Source: an uncultured Clostridia bacterium
GTDB lineage: Bacteria; Bacillota; Clostridia; Christensenellales; Aristaeellaceae
Length of the DNA stretch: 32,000 bases
Assembly (NCBI GenBank): GCA_937907055.1
Contig: CALCTW010000034.1
Coordinates: forward strand, 3,009 to 35,008
Direction of reading: 5' to 3'
Made by a program: the position numbers and the translations under genes. The notes beneath the pieces were generated by a model, which was given only the letters and a program-made list of their open reading frames with translations, did no database searches and was not told where the DNA came from. Shown piece by piece: positions 9,152 to 16,306 of this stretch. Positions within the stretch are counted from its first letter, which is position 1. The number at the start of each line of letters is the position of its first letter.

Positions 9152-9537
9152 TGTCTGACTATAAGCAAGCGTATTCTGATATCTCTAAAGATTACATCGA
9201 GAATGTCGTCCCCAACAATTCACTGGACACGGAGCGCTACAATCGAAGCAAACTTCGAGAAGCGAAGAACAATGATAACTGGTTGAAAAACAAAGTAAAT
9301 CTCAATGAAATTGTGGACCGTTTTGTCCCAACCGTTGAAGGCTTTGTGGAACAGCATCACGAAGGTGGTGTCAAGTATGACTTTGAAGGAGAAAGATATA
9401 TTGTAAAATGTGATAAAGTTGCAGGCTACCTTCGGATCTATGATAAACAAGCAAAAATGTATTGTACATTGGATGGGACTCCTTCAAGAAATGGTGACGA
9501 AACTCATTTCAAGATCAAACGAAGGGAGGAGATGTGA
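9151..9537 (+). CDS. Hypothetical protein (128 aa), no recognised domain
   Basis: The ATG overlaps the upstream stop (TGATG). AGGAGG lies 8 nt upstream. Coding-like composition. The C-terminal segment VAGYLRIYDKQAKMYCTLDGTPSRNGDETHFKIK looks beta-rich. Confidence 0.6.
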   Translation: MSDYKQAYSDISKDYIENVVPNNSLDTERYNRSKLREAKNNDNWLKNKVNLNEIVDRFVPTVEGFVEQHHEGGVKYDFEGERYIVKCDKVAGYLRIYDKQAKMYCTLDGTPSRNGDETHFKIKRREEM

Positions 9538-9541
9538 CCGT

Positions 9542-9886
9542 ATGTGGATTCGGGTAGCGAAACACCAAAGCGCCATCAAAATCGGCCAAGCTGGTAATCG
9601 TTATATTGATGGGCCTCTTATCGAAGAATTCTATTTTGACGAAGCAATGGCAGAAGCACTGGATGCAGATCATTTTCTTCCTGAAATGTGGGAAAAACTT
9701 CAGGCAATGTTTGATTGGGGAGATTGTGATTATTTCGAAGCTGATCGTTGCAAGAAGCTTTACACTTGGGTTTCAGAAAGACTGTGCAAAGACATCTCTC
9801 CTGCGATCAGACCTGTATATGAGGTGATGCAAGAGTATTCTGCATTGGCCGTAAGGCTTAATACCGGGATGTACTTTGATTTTTGA
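9542..9886 (+). CDS. Hypothetical acidic protein (114 aa), no recognised domain
   Basis: The ATG lies 4 nt after the upstream stop. GGGAGGAG lies about 11 nt upstream. The protein is Trp/Asp/Glu-rich. The upstream part of the 158 aa track ORF overlaps the previous gene and is not used. Confidence 0.6.
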   Translation: MWIRVAKHQSAIKIGQAGNRYIDGPLIEEFYFDEAMAEALDADHFLPEMWEKLQAMFDWGDCDYFEADRCKKLYTWVSERLCKDISPAIRPVYEVMQEYSALAVRLNTGMYFDF

Positions 9887-9896
9887 GGACGCATTG

Positions 9897-10316
9897 ATGA
9901 AATCAACTTATCAAATACCGTCGATACATCTTGATTCGCGCCCTCTCCCCACAGTTGTCCCTAAGATAATACAATTGTCTGAAGCTGAACGGTACCGGGA
10001 CTTGTCGAATGATTATGATCTTACAGATTACCCTGATTGTAAAAGGAAGGTATCTGCTCTTGATCTTCTAAGGATAAACGATGAGAAAGCGATTCTGTCT
10101 GCTCTGCTGCCCTTTCCTGGCAATATGACACTGGTAGTAGTACTTGACTACCTTGCTGGTTGCAGACCGGCAGACAGTTTGTTTGTGAGACGCACACTCC
10201 AAGCCATTCAACTTGTTCTGTCCCTCTTTCCGCAAGTTACTATTATGCTTGCTGTTACACCAACCGAACAAGACTTCTTTCGGGATATAATCAATACAGC
10301 ATACAAGGGAGCGTAA
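9897..10316 (+). CDS. Hypothetical protein (139 aa), no recognised domain
   Basis: The ATG lies 10 nt after the upstream stop, with GAGGA 7 nt upstream. The C-terminal half is hydrophobic (LVVVLDYLAGC...LVLSLFPQVTIMLAV). Confidence 0.55.
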   Translation: MKSTYQIPSIHLDSRPLPTVVPKIIQLSEAERYRDLSNDYDLTDYPDCKRKVSALDLLRINDEKAILSALLPFPGNMTLVVVLDYLAGCRPADSLFVRRTLQAIQLVLSLFPQVTIMLAVTPTEQDFFRDIINTAYKGA

Positions 10317-10320
10317 TCTG

Positions 10321-10668
10321 ATGAATCATGAAACCATTGGCCTGAAAGTCACGGAATACGCATCCATGGCTACCTTGTGTGACCATTATCAGAAAATACC
10401 GCAATGCATCCATGAGCGAGATTGTCTCAGCAATCAAGAACAACGAGTATGTTCTATGCTTTGATTATGATGATGACCGCGGTCTGAAAAAATCATCGCC
10501 TGCTACAAGGCACTTCGGAAGGCAAAGATTGGCGCCCAGTTATATGAGATGGATGACGAGCCCACCACGCTCAAGTTCATGGAGAACCTGAACGGTACCT
10601 ATCGGCAGATCTCTGAAGAGTGGATGCACAGATGGAAGCAGAGTCCGAGACCTGATCTTTATAGCTAA
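10321..10668 (+). pseudogene. Frame-disrupted small ORF (about 115 codons if repaired), unknown function
   Basis: An ATG at 10321 has AGGGAG 9 nt upstream. Protein-like translation continues only by switching frame twice, near the TGTGTG run (~10376-10381) and at the A6 run (10487-10492). The repaired C-terminus is ...DDDRGLKK/IIACYKALRKAKIGAQLYEMDDEPTTLKFMENLNGTYRQISEEWMHRWKQSPRPDLYS, with the stop at 10666-10668. Confidence 0.4.
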
Positions 10669-10701
10669 GAGGACCATCGTTTGAACAAGCGATGGTCTGA
10701 A

Positions 10702-10731
10702 GTCTCCGGCACGAAAGCCGGAGACTTTTTT
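10702..10731 (+). terminator. Rho-independent terminator closing the AT-rich islet operon
   Basis: Stem GTCTCCGGC (10702-10710) / GCCGGAGAC (10717-10725), loop ACGAAA, then T6 (10726-10731). A second hairpin precedes it (GACCATCG...CGATGGTC, ~10672-10697). Confidence 0.7.
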
Positions 10732-10744
10732 ATGTATGGATCAC

Positions 10745-12562
10745 TTACGCGTTCAGCAGAGAGCCGGTCGCCTCATCCTCATACTGACGGGTATACAGGC
10801 GATGATAATAGCCGCCCTTCTTCAGCAGCTCGGTATGCGTGCCCTGTTCCACGATCTTACCGTCCTGCACCACGAGGATCAGATCGGCATTCTTGACAGT
10901 AGACAGGCGGTGCGCGATCACAAGGCTGGTACGGCCCTGTATGATGGTATCGATGGCAGCCTGGATCTTCTGTTCGGTCAGGGTATCCACGCTGGCCGTG
11001 GCTTCATCCAGCACCAGAATCCGGGGATCGCACAGGATGGCGCGCGCGAAGCTGATCAATTGCTTTTCGCCGGTGGACAGCACATCGCCGCCCTCGCCCA
11101 CATCGGTATCGATGCCGTTTTCCATCCGCGCCACCACCTCATCCGCGCTGACCAGCTTCAGCGCGCGGGCGATCTGTTCCTCCGTCGCGTTCGGATTGCC
11201 GTACAGCAGGTTTTCACGGATCGTGCCGCTGAACAGATGCGGTGTCTGCAGCACGTAGCCGATGGCGGAATGCAGCCACAGCTGACTGCGCTCCCGGGCA
11301 TCCCGGTCATCGATCAGCACCTGACCCGCGGTGGGCTCAAAGAAGCGGCAGACCAGATTGACCAGTGTACTCTTGCCCGCGCCGGTCTCGCCGACGATGG
11401 CGATATTGCTGCCGAAGGGGATCTTCAGATTAAAATGCTCCAGCACGTATTCATCGCCGTCCGGATACCTGAAGGAGACATCCTTGAATTCGATATCGCC
11501 GCGCAGCGGTTCCCAGTTTTCCTTCTTCGGGTTGAAGGAGTCGCCGTACTGTTCAATGACCGCGGGGGTATCGGTCACATCGCTCTTCGTGCCCAGCAGA
11601 CGGGTCAGACGCTCGATATTGACCTGCGTTGTAATCACATCGCTGATCGCGTCAATGATCCAGCGGACAGGCTCCATCATGCCCTCGGCATAGCTCATGA
11701 ACATGGAGAAGGTGCCCACTTCGCTCTCGGCGATGTATCCGCCCTTCCACAGCACGATGGCCAGCGCCAGACTGCTGGCCAGGTTCATGGTGGCGGCAAA
11801 CAGTCCGCGAAGACGGCTGGCATGGATGCCCATGTGCTTCATCTTCGCCGTATCGGCATTGAAATCGCCGTTCATCTTATCCTCGATCACGAGGGTCTTG
11901 ATGGTCTTGGCGCCGGTAATGCCTTCATTGAAATCGCCCGTGATCCTGCTGTTCTGCTCGCGGATCTGACGGTTCACATGCACCAGCTTTTTCTGGAACA
12001 GGCTGAAAAGGATCACGATCAGCGGCAGAATGGTGACCACCATCAGCGCCAGCTTGGCGTTGACGATGAACATGACCGCCACGACACCCACCAGATAGCT
12101 CAGATGCCACACGCTGTCCATCAGCGTCCAGCTGACCAGCGAGCCGATGCGGGAGGTGTCGCTCATCACACGGCTGTGGATATAGCCCACGCTGTTCTGA
12201 TTAAAATAGCTGAAGGAAAGGGTCTGCAGATGATTGAACGCCGCGTTGCGCAGGTCCCGGTTGAAGGAGACCTCCACCGTCATGGCGCCGGAGCAGCTCA
12301 CATAGTTGCACGCGCCCGCGAACAGGGTGCAGCCGACATACAGCAGAATGAACCACGGCAGGGTGTCCAGGGTATGCTCCCCGATAAAGTGGTTCAGCGC
12401 GTAGCGCTGGAAAACCGGAATCAGGATATCCACACCCGTCGCCAGCAGGCCGCAAAACACCATGATGCTCAGCCGCTTCCGGTACTTTTTCATGAACGGG
12501 ATCAGCCGCGGGATCCCGAAAAACGGCAGAGACACATTTTTTTCTTTCGTTTCTTCACTCAT
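10745..12562 (-). CDS. ABC transporter permease/ATP-binding protein (type I exporter half-transporter, second of pair)
   Basis: An N-terminal six-TM exporter domain. Walker A GETGAGKS, signature LSTGEKQ, Walker B ILVLDEATAS. The start overlaps the upstream stop (TAATG at 12560-12564). Confidence 0.93.
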   Translation of the reverse strand: MSEETKEKNVSLPFFGIPRLIPFMKKYRKRLSIMVFCGLLATGVDILIPVFQRYALNHFIGEHTLDTLPWFILLYVGCTLFAGACNYVSCSGAMTVEVSFNRDLRNAAFNHLQTLSFSYFNQNSVGYIHSRVMSDTSRIGSLVSWTLMDSVWHLSYLVGVVAVMFIVNAKLALMVVTILPLIVILFSLFQKKLVHVNRQIREQNSRITGDFNEGITGAKTIKTLVIEDKMNGDFNADTAKMKHMGIHASRLRGLFAATMNLASSLALAIVLWKGGYIAESEVGTFSMFMSYAEGMMEPVRWIIDAISDVITTQVNIERLTRLLGTKSDVTDTPAVIEQYGDSFNPKKENWEPLRGDIEFKDVSFRYPDGDEYVLEHFNLKIPFGSNIAIVGETGAGKSTLVNLVCRFFEPTAGQVLIDDRDARERSQLWLHSAIGYVLQTPHLFSGTIRENLLYGNPNATEEQIARALKLVSADEVVARMENGIDTDVGEGGDVLSTGEKQLISFARAILCDPRILVLDEATASVDTLTEQKIQAAIDTIIQGRTSLVIAHRLSTVKNADLILVVQDGKIVEQGTHTELLKKGGYYHRLYTRQYEDEATGSLLNA

Positions 12563-14400
12563 TATTCACACGCCTCCTCTCCGGAAAGGCTCTGGATATC
12601 GTAGATCTGTTTATATAGTCCCTCCTGACGCGCCAGTTCCTCCGGCGTGCCCAGCTGGGCGACCCGGCCATGATCCAGCACAAGCACCTGCTCTGCCTTG
12701 GACAGGGTGGTGATGCGGTGGCTGATCAGGATGATGGTCGCGCTGCCGAAACGCTTTTCAAGCGCGGCGCGGATCTTCGCGTCGGTCTCGGTATCGACTG
12801 CGGACAGGGAATCATCAAAGATCATCACCGGGGTCTTCTGCGTCAGCATACGGGCAATGGCCGCGCGCTGCTTCTGACCGCCGGACAGCGTAACGCCGCG
12901 CTCACCCACGAAGGTGTCATAACCCTTGCTGAAGCCGTTGATCGTCTCATCCAGGCAGGCGGCCTTCGCGGCCTCGTCGATATCCGCCTGGATCAGCGCG
13001 TCATTGGTGATCATCAGGTTTTCCTTCAAGGTGCGCGAGAACAGGAACGGCTCCTGCAGAACGATGCCGATGTTCTTCCGCAGATGCTCCATGCGGATCT
13101 CATTGATGTCCCTGCCGCCGATAGTGATCCGGCCGTTCTCCGGCTTCAGGGGATACAGGCGGTCCAGCAGATACATCAGCGTGCTCTTACCGCTGCCCGT
13201 ACCGCCCAGAATGCCCAGCGTGGTCCCGGCCGGGATCCTGAAGGAGATGTCATGCAGCATCTCGGGGCAGTTGTCATACCCGAAGCTCACATGATCGAAT
13301 ACGATATCCCCGGTCATATCGGCATCCGTCACGCCCGGCGCGTCCTTCTCTTCGTCCGCGTCCATGATATAGCCCACACGGTCGATCGCGACACCGGCCT
13401 TGCTCATCTCGCTGATCATGCGGCCCAGCTGACGGACAGGCCACACCAGCATGCCGTTGTAGCTGACGAAGGCGATATACTGGCCGGGTGTCATGTCTCC
13501 GTTCAGCACGAAGATCACACCGAAAACGCTGGTCAGCATCACCTGAACGCCCACCAGAATATCGCTCGTGATCCAGAAGCGCGCCAGGATCATGGCCATT
13601 TTTGTCCACAGGGATGTGTAGTAATCGTTGTGCTTTTCAAAACGGTCACGCTCGTAACGCTCCCGTCCGAAGGCGCGCACCACACGCACACCGGTCAGGT
13701 TCTCCTGCGCCATGGCGCTCAGCTTGCCCTCGTTTTCATCGCACTTTTCAAAAGCCTCTCCCACCTTATTGTGGAACACCAGCGAATAGATGACCATGAT
13801 GGGCATCGGCGCCAGCGCGACCAGCGTCAGAAGCGGATTCATCCCGATCATGAAGACCAGGCTCATGACCAGCAGGATCACGATGCGGATCAGGCCGGTC
13901 ATCTGCTCGGAAATAAAGTTGCGCATGGTATCGATATCGCTGGTGCAGCGCTGGATGATATCGCCCGTGTGATTCTGCATGTGCCACTGGAACGGCAGGC
14001 GGCTGATGTGCGAATAAAGCGTATCGCGCATGTTCTTGACCAGTGTTTCGCTGCCGCGGGCATTGGTCACGCGGAAGCCGTACTGGCAGATCACCTTGAC
14101 CAGCGCCACCAGCACGATGGCGAGCGCCAGGATCCACAGATCCTGCCTGAGCTGCGCCACACCGCCCACCTTCGCGATCAGATCCTGCACAAAGGGGCTC
14201 AGACTGCTGAGCTCCTGCCCGCCGATGACATTATCCACCGCCACGCGGATGATCTGCGGGGTGATCATGTCGCTCAGCGCGCTGAGCGCCGCGCAAAGCA
14301 TGCACAAAAGGAACATGGCCCGCGCGCCCCTCAAAAATGCCCAGATCAGTTTCGCGCGTCCGGGCCGCTTTTCAGACGGCTTTGAAATCGTATTTTCCAT
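12562..14400 (-). CDS. ABC transporter permease/ATP-binding protein (type I exporter half-transporter, first of pair)
   Basis: Walker A GGTGSGKS, signature LSGGQKQR, Walker B VMIFDDSLSAVD. I chose the start at the ATG at 14400 (MENTISK...) because GGGAGGGA precedes it. The longer track ORF to 14463 lacks an SD. Confidence 0.92.
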   Translation of the reverse strand: MENTISKPSEKRPGRAKLIWAFLRGARAMFLLCMLCAALSALSDMITPQIIRVAVDNVIGGQELSSLSPFVQDLIAKVGGVAQLRQDLWILALAIVLVALVKVICQYGFRVTNARGSETLVKNMRDTLYSHISRLPFQWHMQNHTGDIIQRCTSDIDTMRNFISEQMTGLIRIVILLVMSLVFMIGMNPLLTLVALAPMPIMVIYSLVFHNKVGEAFEKCDENEGKLSAMAQENLTGVRVVRAFGRERYERDRFEKHNDYYTSLWTKMAMILARFWITSDILVGVQVMLTSVFGVIFVLNGDMTPGQYIAFVSYNGMLVWPVRQLGRMISEMSKAGVAIDRVGYIMDADEEKDAPGVTDADMTGDIVFDHVSFGYDNCPEMLHDISFRIPAGTTLGILGGTGSGKSTLMYLLDRLYPLKPENGRITIGGRDINEIRMEHLRKNIGIVLQEPFLFSRTLKENLMITNDALIQADIDEAAKAACLDETINGFSKGYDTFVGERGVTLSGGQKQRAAIARMLTQKTPVMIFDDSLSAVDTETDAKIRAALEKRFGSATIILISHRITTLSKAEQVLVLDHGRVAQLGTPEELARQEGLYKQIYDIQSLSGEEACE

Positions 14401-14440
14401 ATTCGGTCCCTCCCTATCACAGAGTCTGTTTCTCTGCCAA

Positions 14441-14476
14441 TAAAAAACGCCTGTTCCGCACATACGGACAGGCGTG
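14441..14476 (-). terminator. Intrinsic terminator inside the 5' leader of the ABC operon (putative attenuator)
   Basis: On the minus-strand RNA: CGCCTGTCCG, loop UAUGUG, CGGAACAGGCG, then U6. The plus-strand stem arms are 14448-14458 and 14465-14474, with the A-run at 14442-14447. It lies about 40 nt upstream of the ABC start codon and 20 nt after the leader ORF stop. Confidence 0.6.
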
Positions 14477-14493
14477 GAATTTCATCAGCCCTT

Positions 14494-14568
14494 TTACAGG
14501 AAGAAGGCACATGTATCCCTTTCCTGTTCCGTATCCTGCATATCATTCAGATGATCCCTGATGTACAT
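14494..14568 (-). CDS. Candidate 24 aa leader peptide (MYIRDHLNDMQDTEQERDTCAFFL)
   Basis: AGGAGAAGGAAC lies immediately upstream of the ATG (14566-14568, minus). The ORF contains CGGAACAGG, identical to the 3' arm of the downstream terminator, which allows an alternative antiterminator pairing. Confidence 0.4.
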   Translation of the reverse strand: MYIRDHLNDMQDTEQERDTCAFFL

Positions 14569-14691
14569 GTTCCTTCTCCTTTCTGTTTCATTCCGGGTGC
14601 CTGCTCAACATATCACAGTTTTCCGGTTTTGTCACGTGTTTTCATGTTGCCTTCCGCCCTGCCGGGACGGGCTGTAAGGCTAACGACCGTT

Positions 14692-14720
14692 ATTATTGCA
14701 TAACGGATGTTCTCTGTCAA
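14692..14720 (-). promoter_or_regulatory. Candidate promoter of the ABC exporter leader transcript
   Basis: Minus strand: TTGACA (plus 14715-14720), a 17 nt spacer ending in the TGC extended -10 element, then AATAAT (plus 14692-14697). It predicts a leader of about 285 nt. Confidence 0.5.
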
Positions 14721-14782
14721 CCCCGGCCGCGCGTTTTTTATTGCATACAATGCGCCCGACAGGCGAAACGGCCCGGATAAAC

Positions 14783-14818
14783 AAAAAACGGATCAGCGCC
14801 CGAAAAGAGCGCTGACCC
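14783..14818 (-). terminator. Rho-independent terminator of the secreted-protein gene
   Basis: Stem TCAGCGC (14793-14799) / GCGCTGA (14809-14815), followed on the minus strand by U6 (plus A-run 14783-14788). It lies about 30 nt after the stop at 14846. Confidence 0.65.
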
Positions 14819-14845
14819 GGAAACGAACGATGATCAGACAGAAGT

Positions 14846-15718
14846 TCAGTCGATCTCGGCCTCGTATTCCACAACGAAGGCATACTGTCCGTTATACTCG
14901 ACCAGATACCACTGACGGTTGAAGAACTCATCCACCGTCTTGCCGAAGCACTTGAAGCGGTCACCGGAAACGGCCTTGTAGAGGGTGGGGTTGTAATCAC
15001 CGCTCGTGGACGCGTCATCGGGACGGAACAGGATCAGCGCGTCCTGATCCACATCCAGCATCTTGGGCGTCTTGTACAGATGGACCACGCAGGCGCGGCG
15101 ATAATTCCAGGAGATGGCGCCCAGCGTGCCGGCAGGCGTATACTGCGTGCTGCCCTTGCGGGTGATGGCATACCAGGGATCGCCGTCTTCACCGATGACA
15201 GTGCCGGCGTAGGGGAACATCTCACCGTAATTGGCGCCGCCCACCATTTCATAGCTGCTGCCGGCACCGGTGCGGATGCGGCTGGGATTCAGCTGGTTGC
15301 AGATGAAGACGTAAAGGTTATCGTATACCGGCGCGGCAGGCTCCACCTGCTCGACGGCTTCAAAAACCATATCCTGCGGGATCATCAGCTTCAGCGCGTC
15401 ATTTTCAAACAGGAGCATCGCAGCCGCGGTATTCTCCGCCTGCATATACAGCGCGGGGACCTCGCCCTCATTGCCGTCCATCACGGTATAACCAGCCTGA
15501 GCGGCGCGCTCCGCGTAGGAAGCGACAAAGGCGTTCACATCAGCGGGAGCGGGATAAGTGAACACAGTATAAACAGCACCGGCATACTCGGTATTGCCTT
15601 CAACGGTGCCGACCGCGCCCAGATCCAGCGCGGGATCGGGCAGGGCTTCGACTTCCGCCAGCGCGGCGCAGGTAAAGAGCATCAAAACAGCCAACAGGCA
15701 GATGATCCATTTTTTCAT
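14846..15718 (-). CDS. Secreted protein with two SH3b-like repeats (function unknown)
   Basis: Signal peptide MKKWIICLLAVLMLFTCAALA. The C-terminal segments NPSRIRTGAGSSYEMVGG...DPWYAI and LFRPDDAS...RQWYLVEYNGQYAFV resemble bacterial SH3 domains. GAGGAGG SD is present. Confidence 0.65.
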   Translation of the reverse strand: MKKWIICLLAVLMLFTCAALAEVEALPDPALDLGAVGTVEGNTEYAGAVYTVFTYPAPADVNAFVASYAERAAQAGYTVMDGNEGEVPALYMQAENTAAAMLLFENDALKLMIPQDMVFEAVEQVEPAAPVYDNLYVFICNQLNPSRIRTGAGSSYEMVGGANYGEMFPYAGTVIGEDGDPWYAITRKGSTQYTPAGTLGAISWNYRRACVVHLYKTPKMLDVDQDALILFRPDDASTSGDYNPTLYKAVSGDRFKCFGKTVDEFFNRQWYLVEYNGQYAFVVEYEAEID

Positions 15719-15783
15719 GGTCGATTCCTCCTCGTTTTTCCGGGAAAAGGCCGAACTTTTTCAGCCTCTTTTTCCACAGTACA

Positions 15784-15812
15784 ATACTATTCTTTTTCCA
15801 CAGCTTTGTCAA
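15784..15812 (-). promoter_or_regulatory. Candidate promoter of the secreted-protein gene
   Basis: Minus strand: TTGACA (plus 15807-15812), 17 nt, TAGTAT (plus 15784-15789). It is flanked by two copies of a 13 bp direct repeat. Confidence 0.5.
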
Positions 15813-15827
15813 TATTTCCTTATACGC

Positions 15828-15856
15828 AAAAAGCAGCGGAAAAACCGCTGCTTTTT
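15828..15856 (-). terminator. Terminator downstream of rpsU (symmetric, potentially bidirectional)
   Basis: Stem GCAGCGG (15833-15839) / CCGCTGC (15845-15851) with an A5 loop. It is flanked by A5 on one side and T5 on the other. Confidence 0.75.
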
Positions 15857-15865
15857 AAGAAGTCA

Positions 15866-16039
15866 TCAATACTTACGCTTACGAGCCGCTTCAGCCTTCT
15901 TCTTGCGCTTCACGCTGGGCTTTTCGTAATGTTCGCGCTTGCGGACCTCAGCAAGAACGCCCGCGCGGGCGCACTGCCTCTTAAAGCGCTTCAGGGCGCT
16001 TTCCAAAGATTCATTCTCTTTTACTCGAACTTCAGACAC
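15866..16039 (-). CDS. rpsU: 30S ribosomal protein S21
   Basis: (V/M)[56 protein letters not shown] is a textbook S21 sequence. The GTG start at 16037-16039 is preceded by GGGAGGGA. It corresponds to only the last 57 codons of the 474 aa track ORF. Confidence 0.92.
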   Translation of the reverse strand: MSEVRVKENESLESALKRFKRQCARAGVLAEVRKREHYEKPSVKRKKKAEAARKRKY

Positions 16040-16108
16040 TGTTATCCCTCCCTTCGCCACTTCGCCTTGGCAATCGCCGTATACACGACGGATGGCGACC
16101 GTACGGAT

Positions 16109-16137
16109 ATTATAGTACGAATACCCCTTCCCGTCAA
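16109..16137 (-). promoter_or_regulatory. Candidate rpsU promoter
   Basis: Minus strand: TTGACG (plus 16132-16137), 17 nt, TATAAT (plus 16109-16114). Confidence 0.55.
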
Positions 16138-16209
16138 CTGCTTTTTGGAAAGTTAACATTTTACCCCGACCGATCCCGGCGTTGTTTTGCCCTTTGTGAA
16201 ACCCCGTGA

Positions 16210-16238
16210 TTGACAAAAAAGACCTGTCCTGATATATT
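16210..16238 (+). promoter_or_regulatory. Candidate promoter of the EamA transporter gene
   Basis: TTGACA (16210-16215), 17 nt, TATATT (16233-16238). Confidence 0.55.
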
Positions 16239-16306
16239 TTCCACGTTGTTTTCTGAGGAAAAATGCCCTGTTTTTTATCACATTTTTCATTAAAAAGGAT
16301 GATCGC

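Noticed and set aside
10487-10492. Programmed -1 ribosomal frameshift at the A6 run
   Set aside because: In the incoming frame the run reads G AAA AAA, which is not an X XXY YYZ heptamer. I saw no obvious downstream stimulatory hairpin or pseudoknot. A second, unrelated frame break exists 110 nt upstream. Decay or a homopolymer error is more parsimonious.
10736-14385. Long plus-strand ORFs (10736-12604 and 12670-14385) opposite the ABC transporter genes
   Set aside because: The minus-strand frames carry complete Walker A, signature and Walker B motifs. The plus-strand translations are repetitive and featureless. These are GC-rich antisense artefacts.
14613-14643. Second mini-ORF (MKTRDKTGKL, minus strand, ATG at plus 14643-14645) in the ABC leader
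   Set aside because: It is only 10 codons with a weak GGAAGG SD, and it has no structural link to the terminator. It is kept as a note only.
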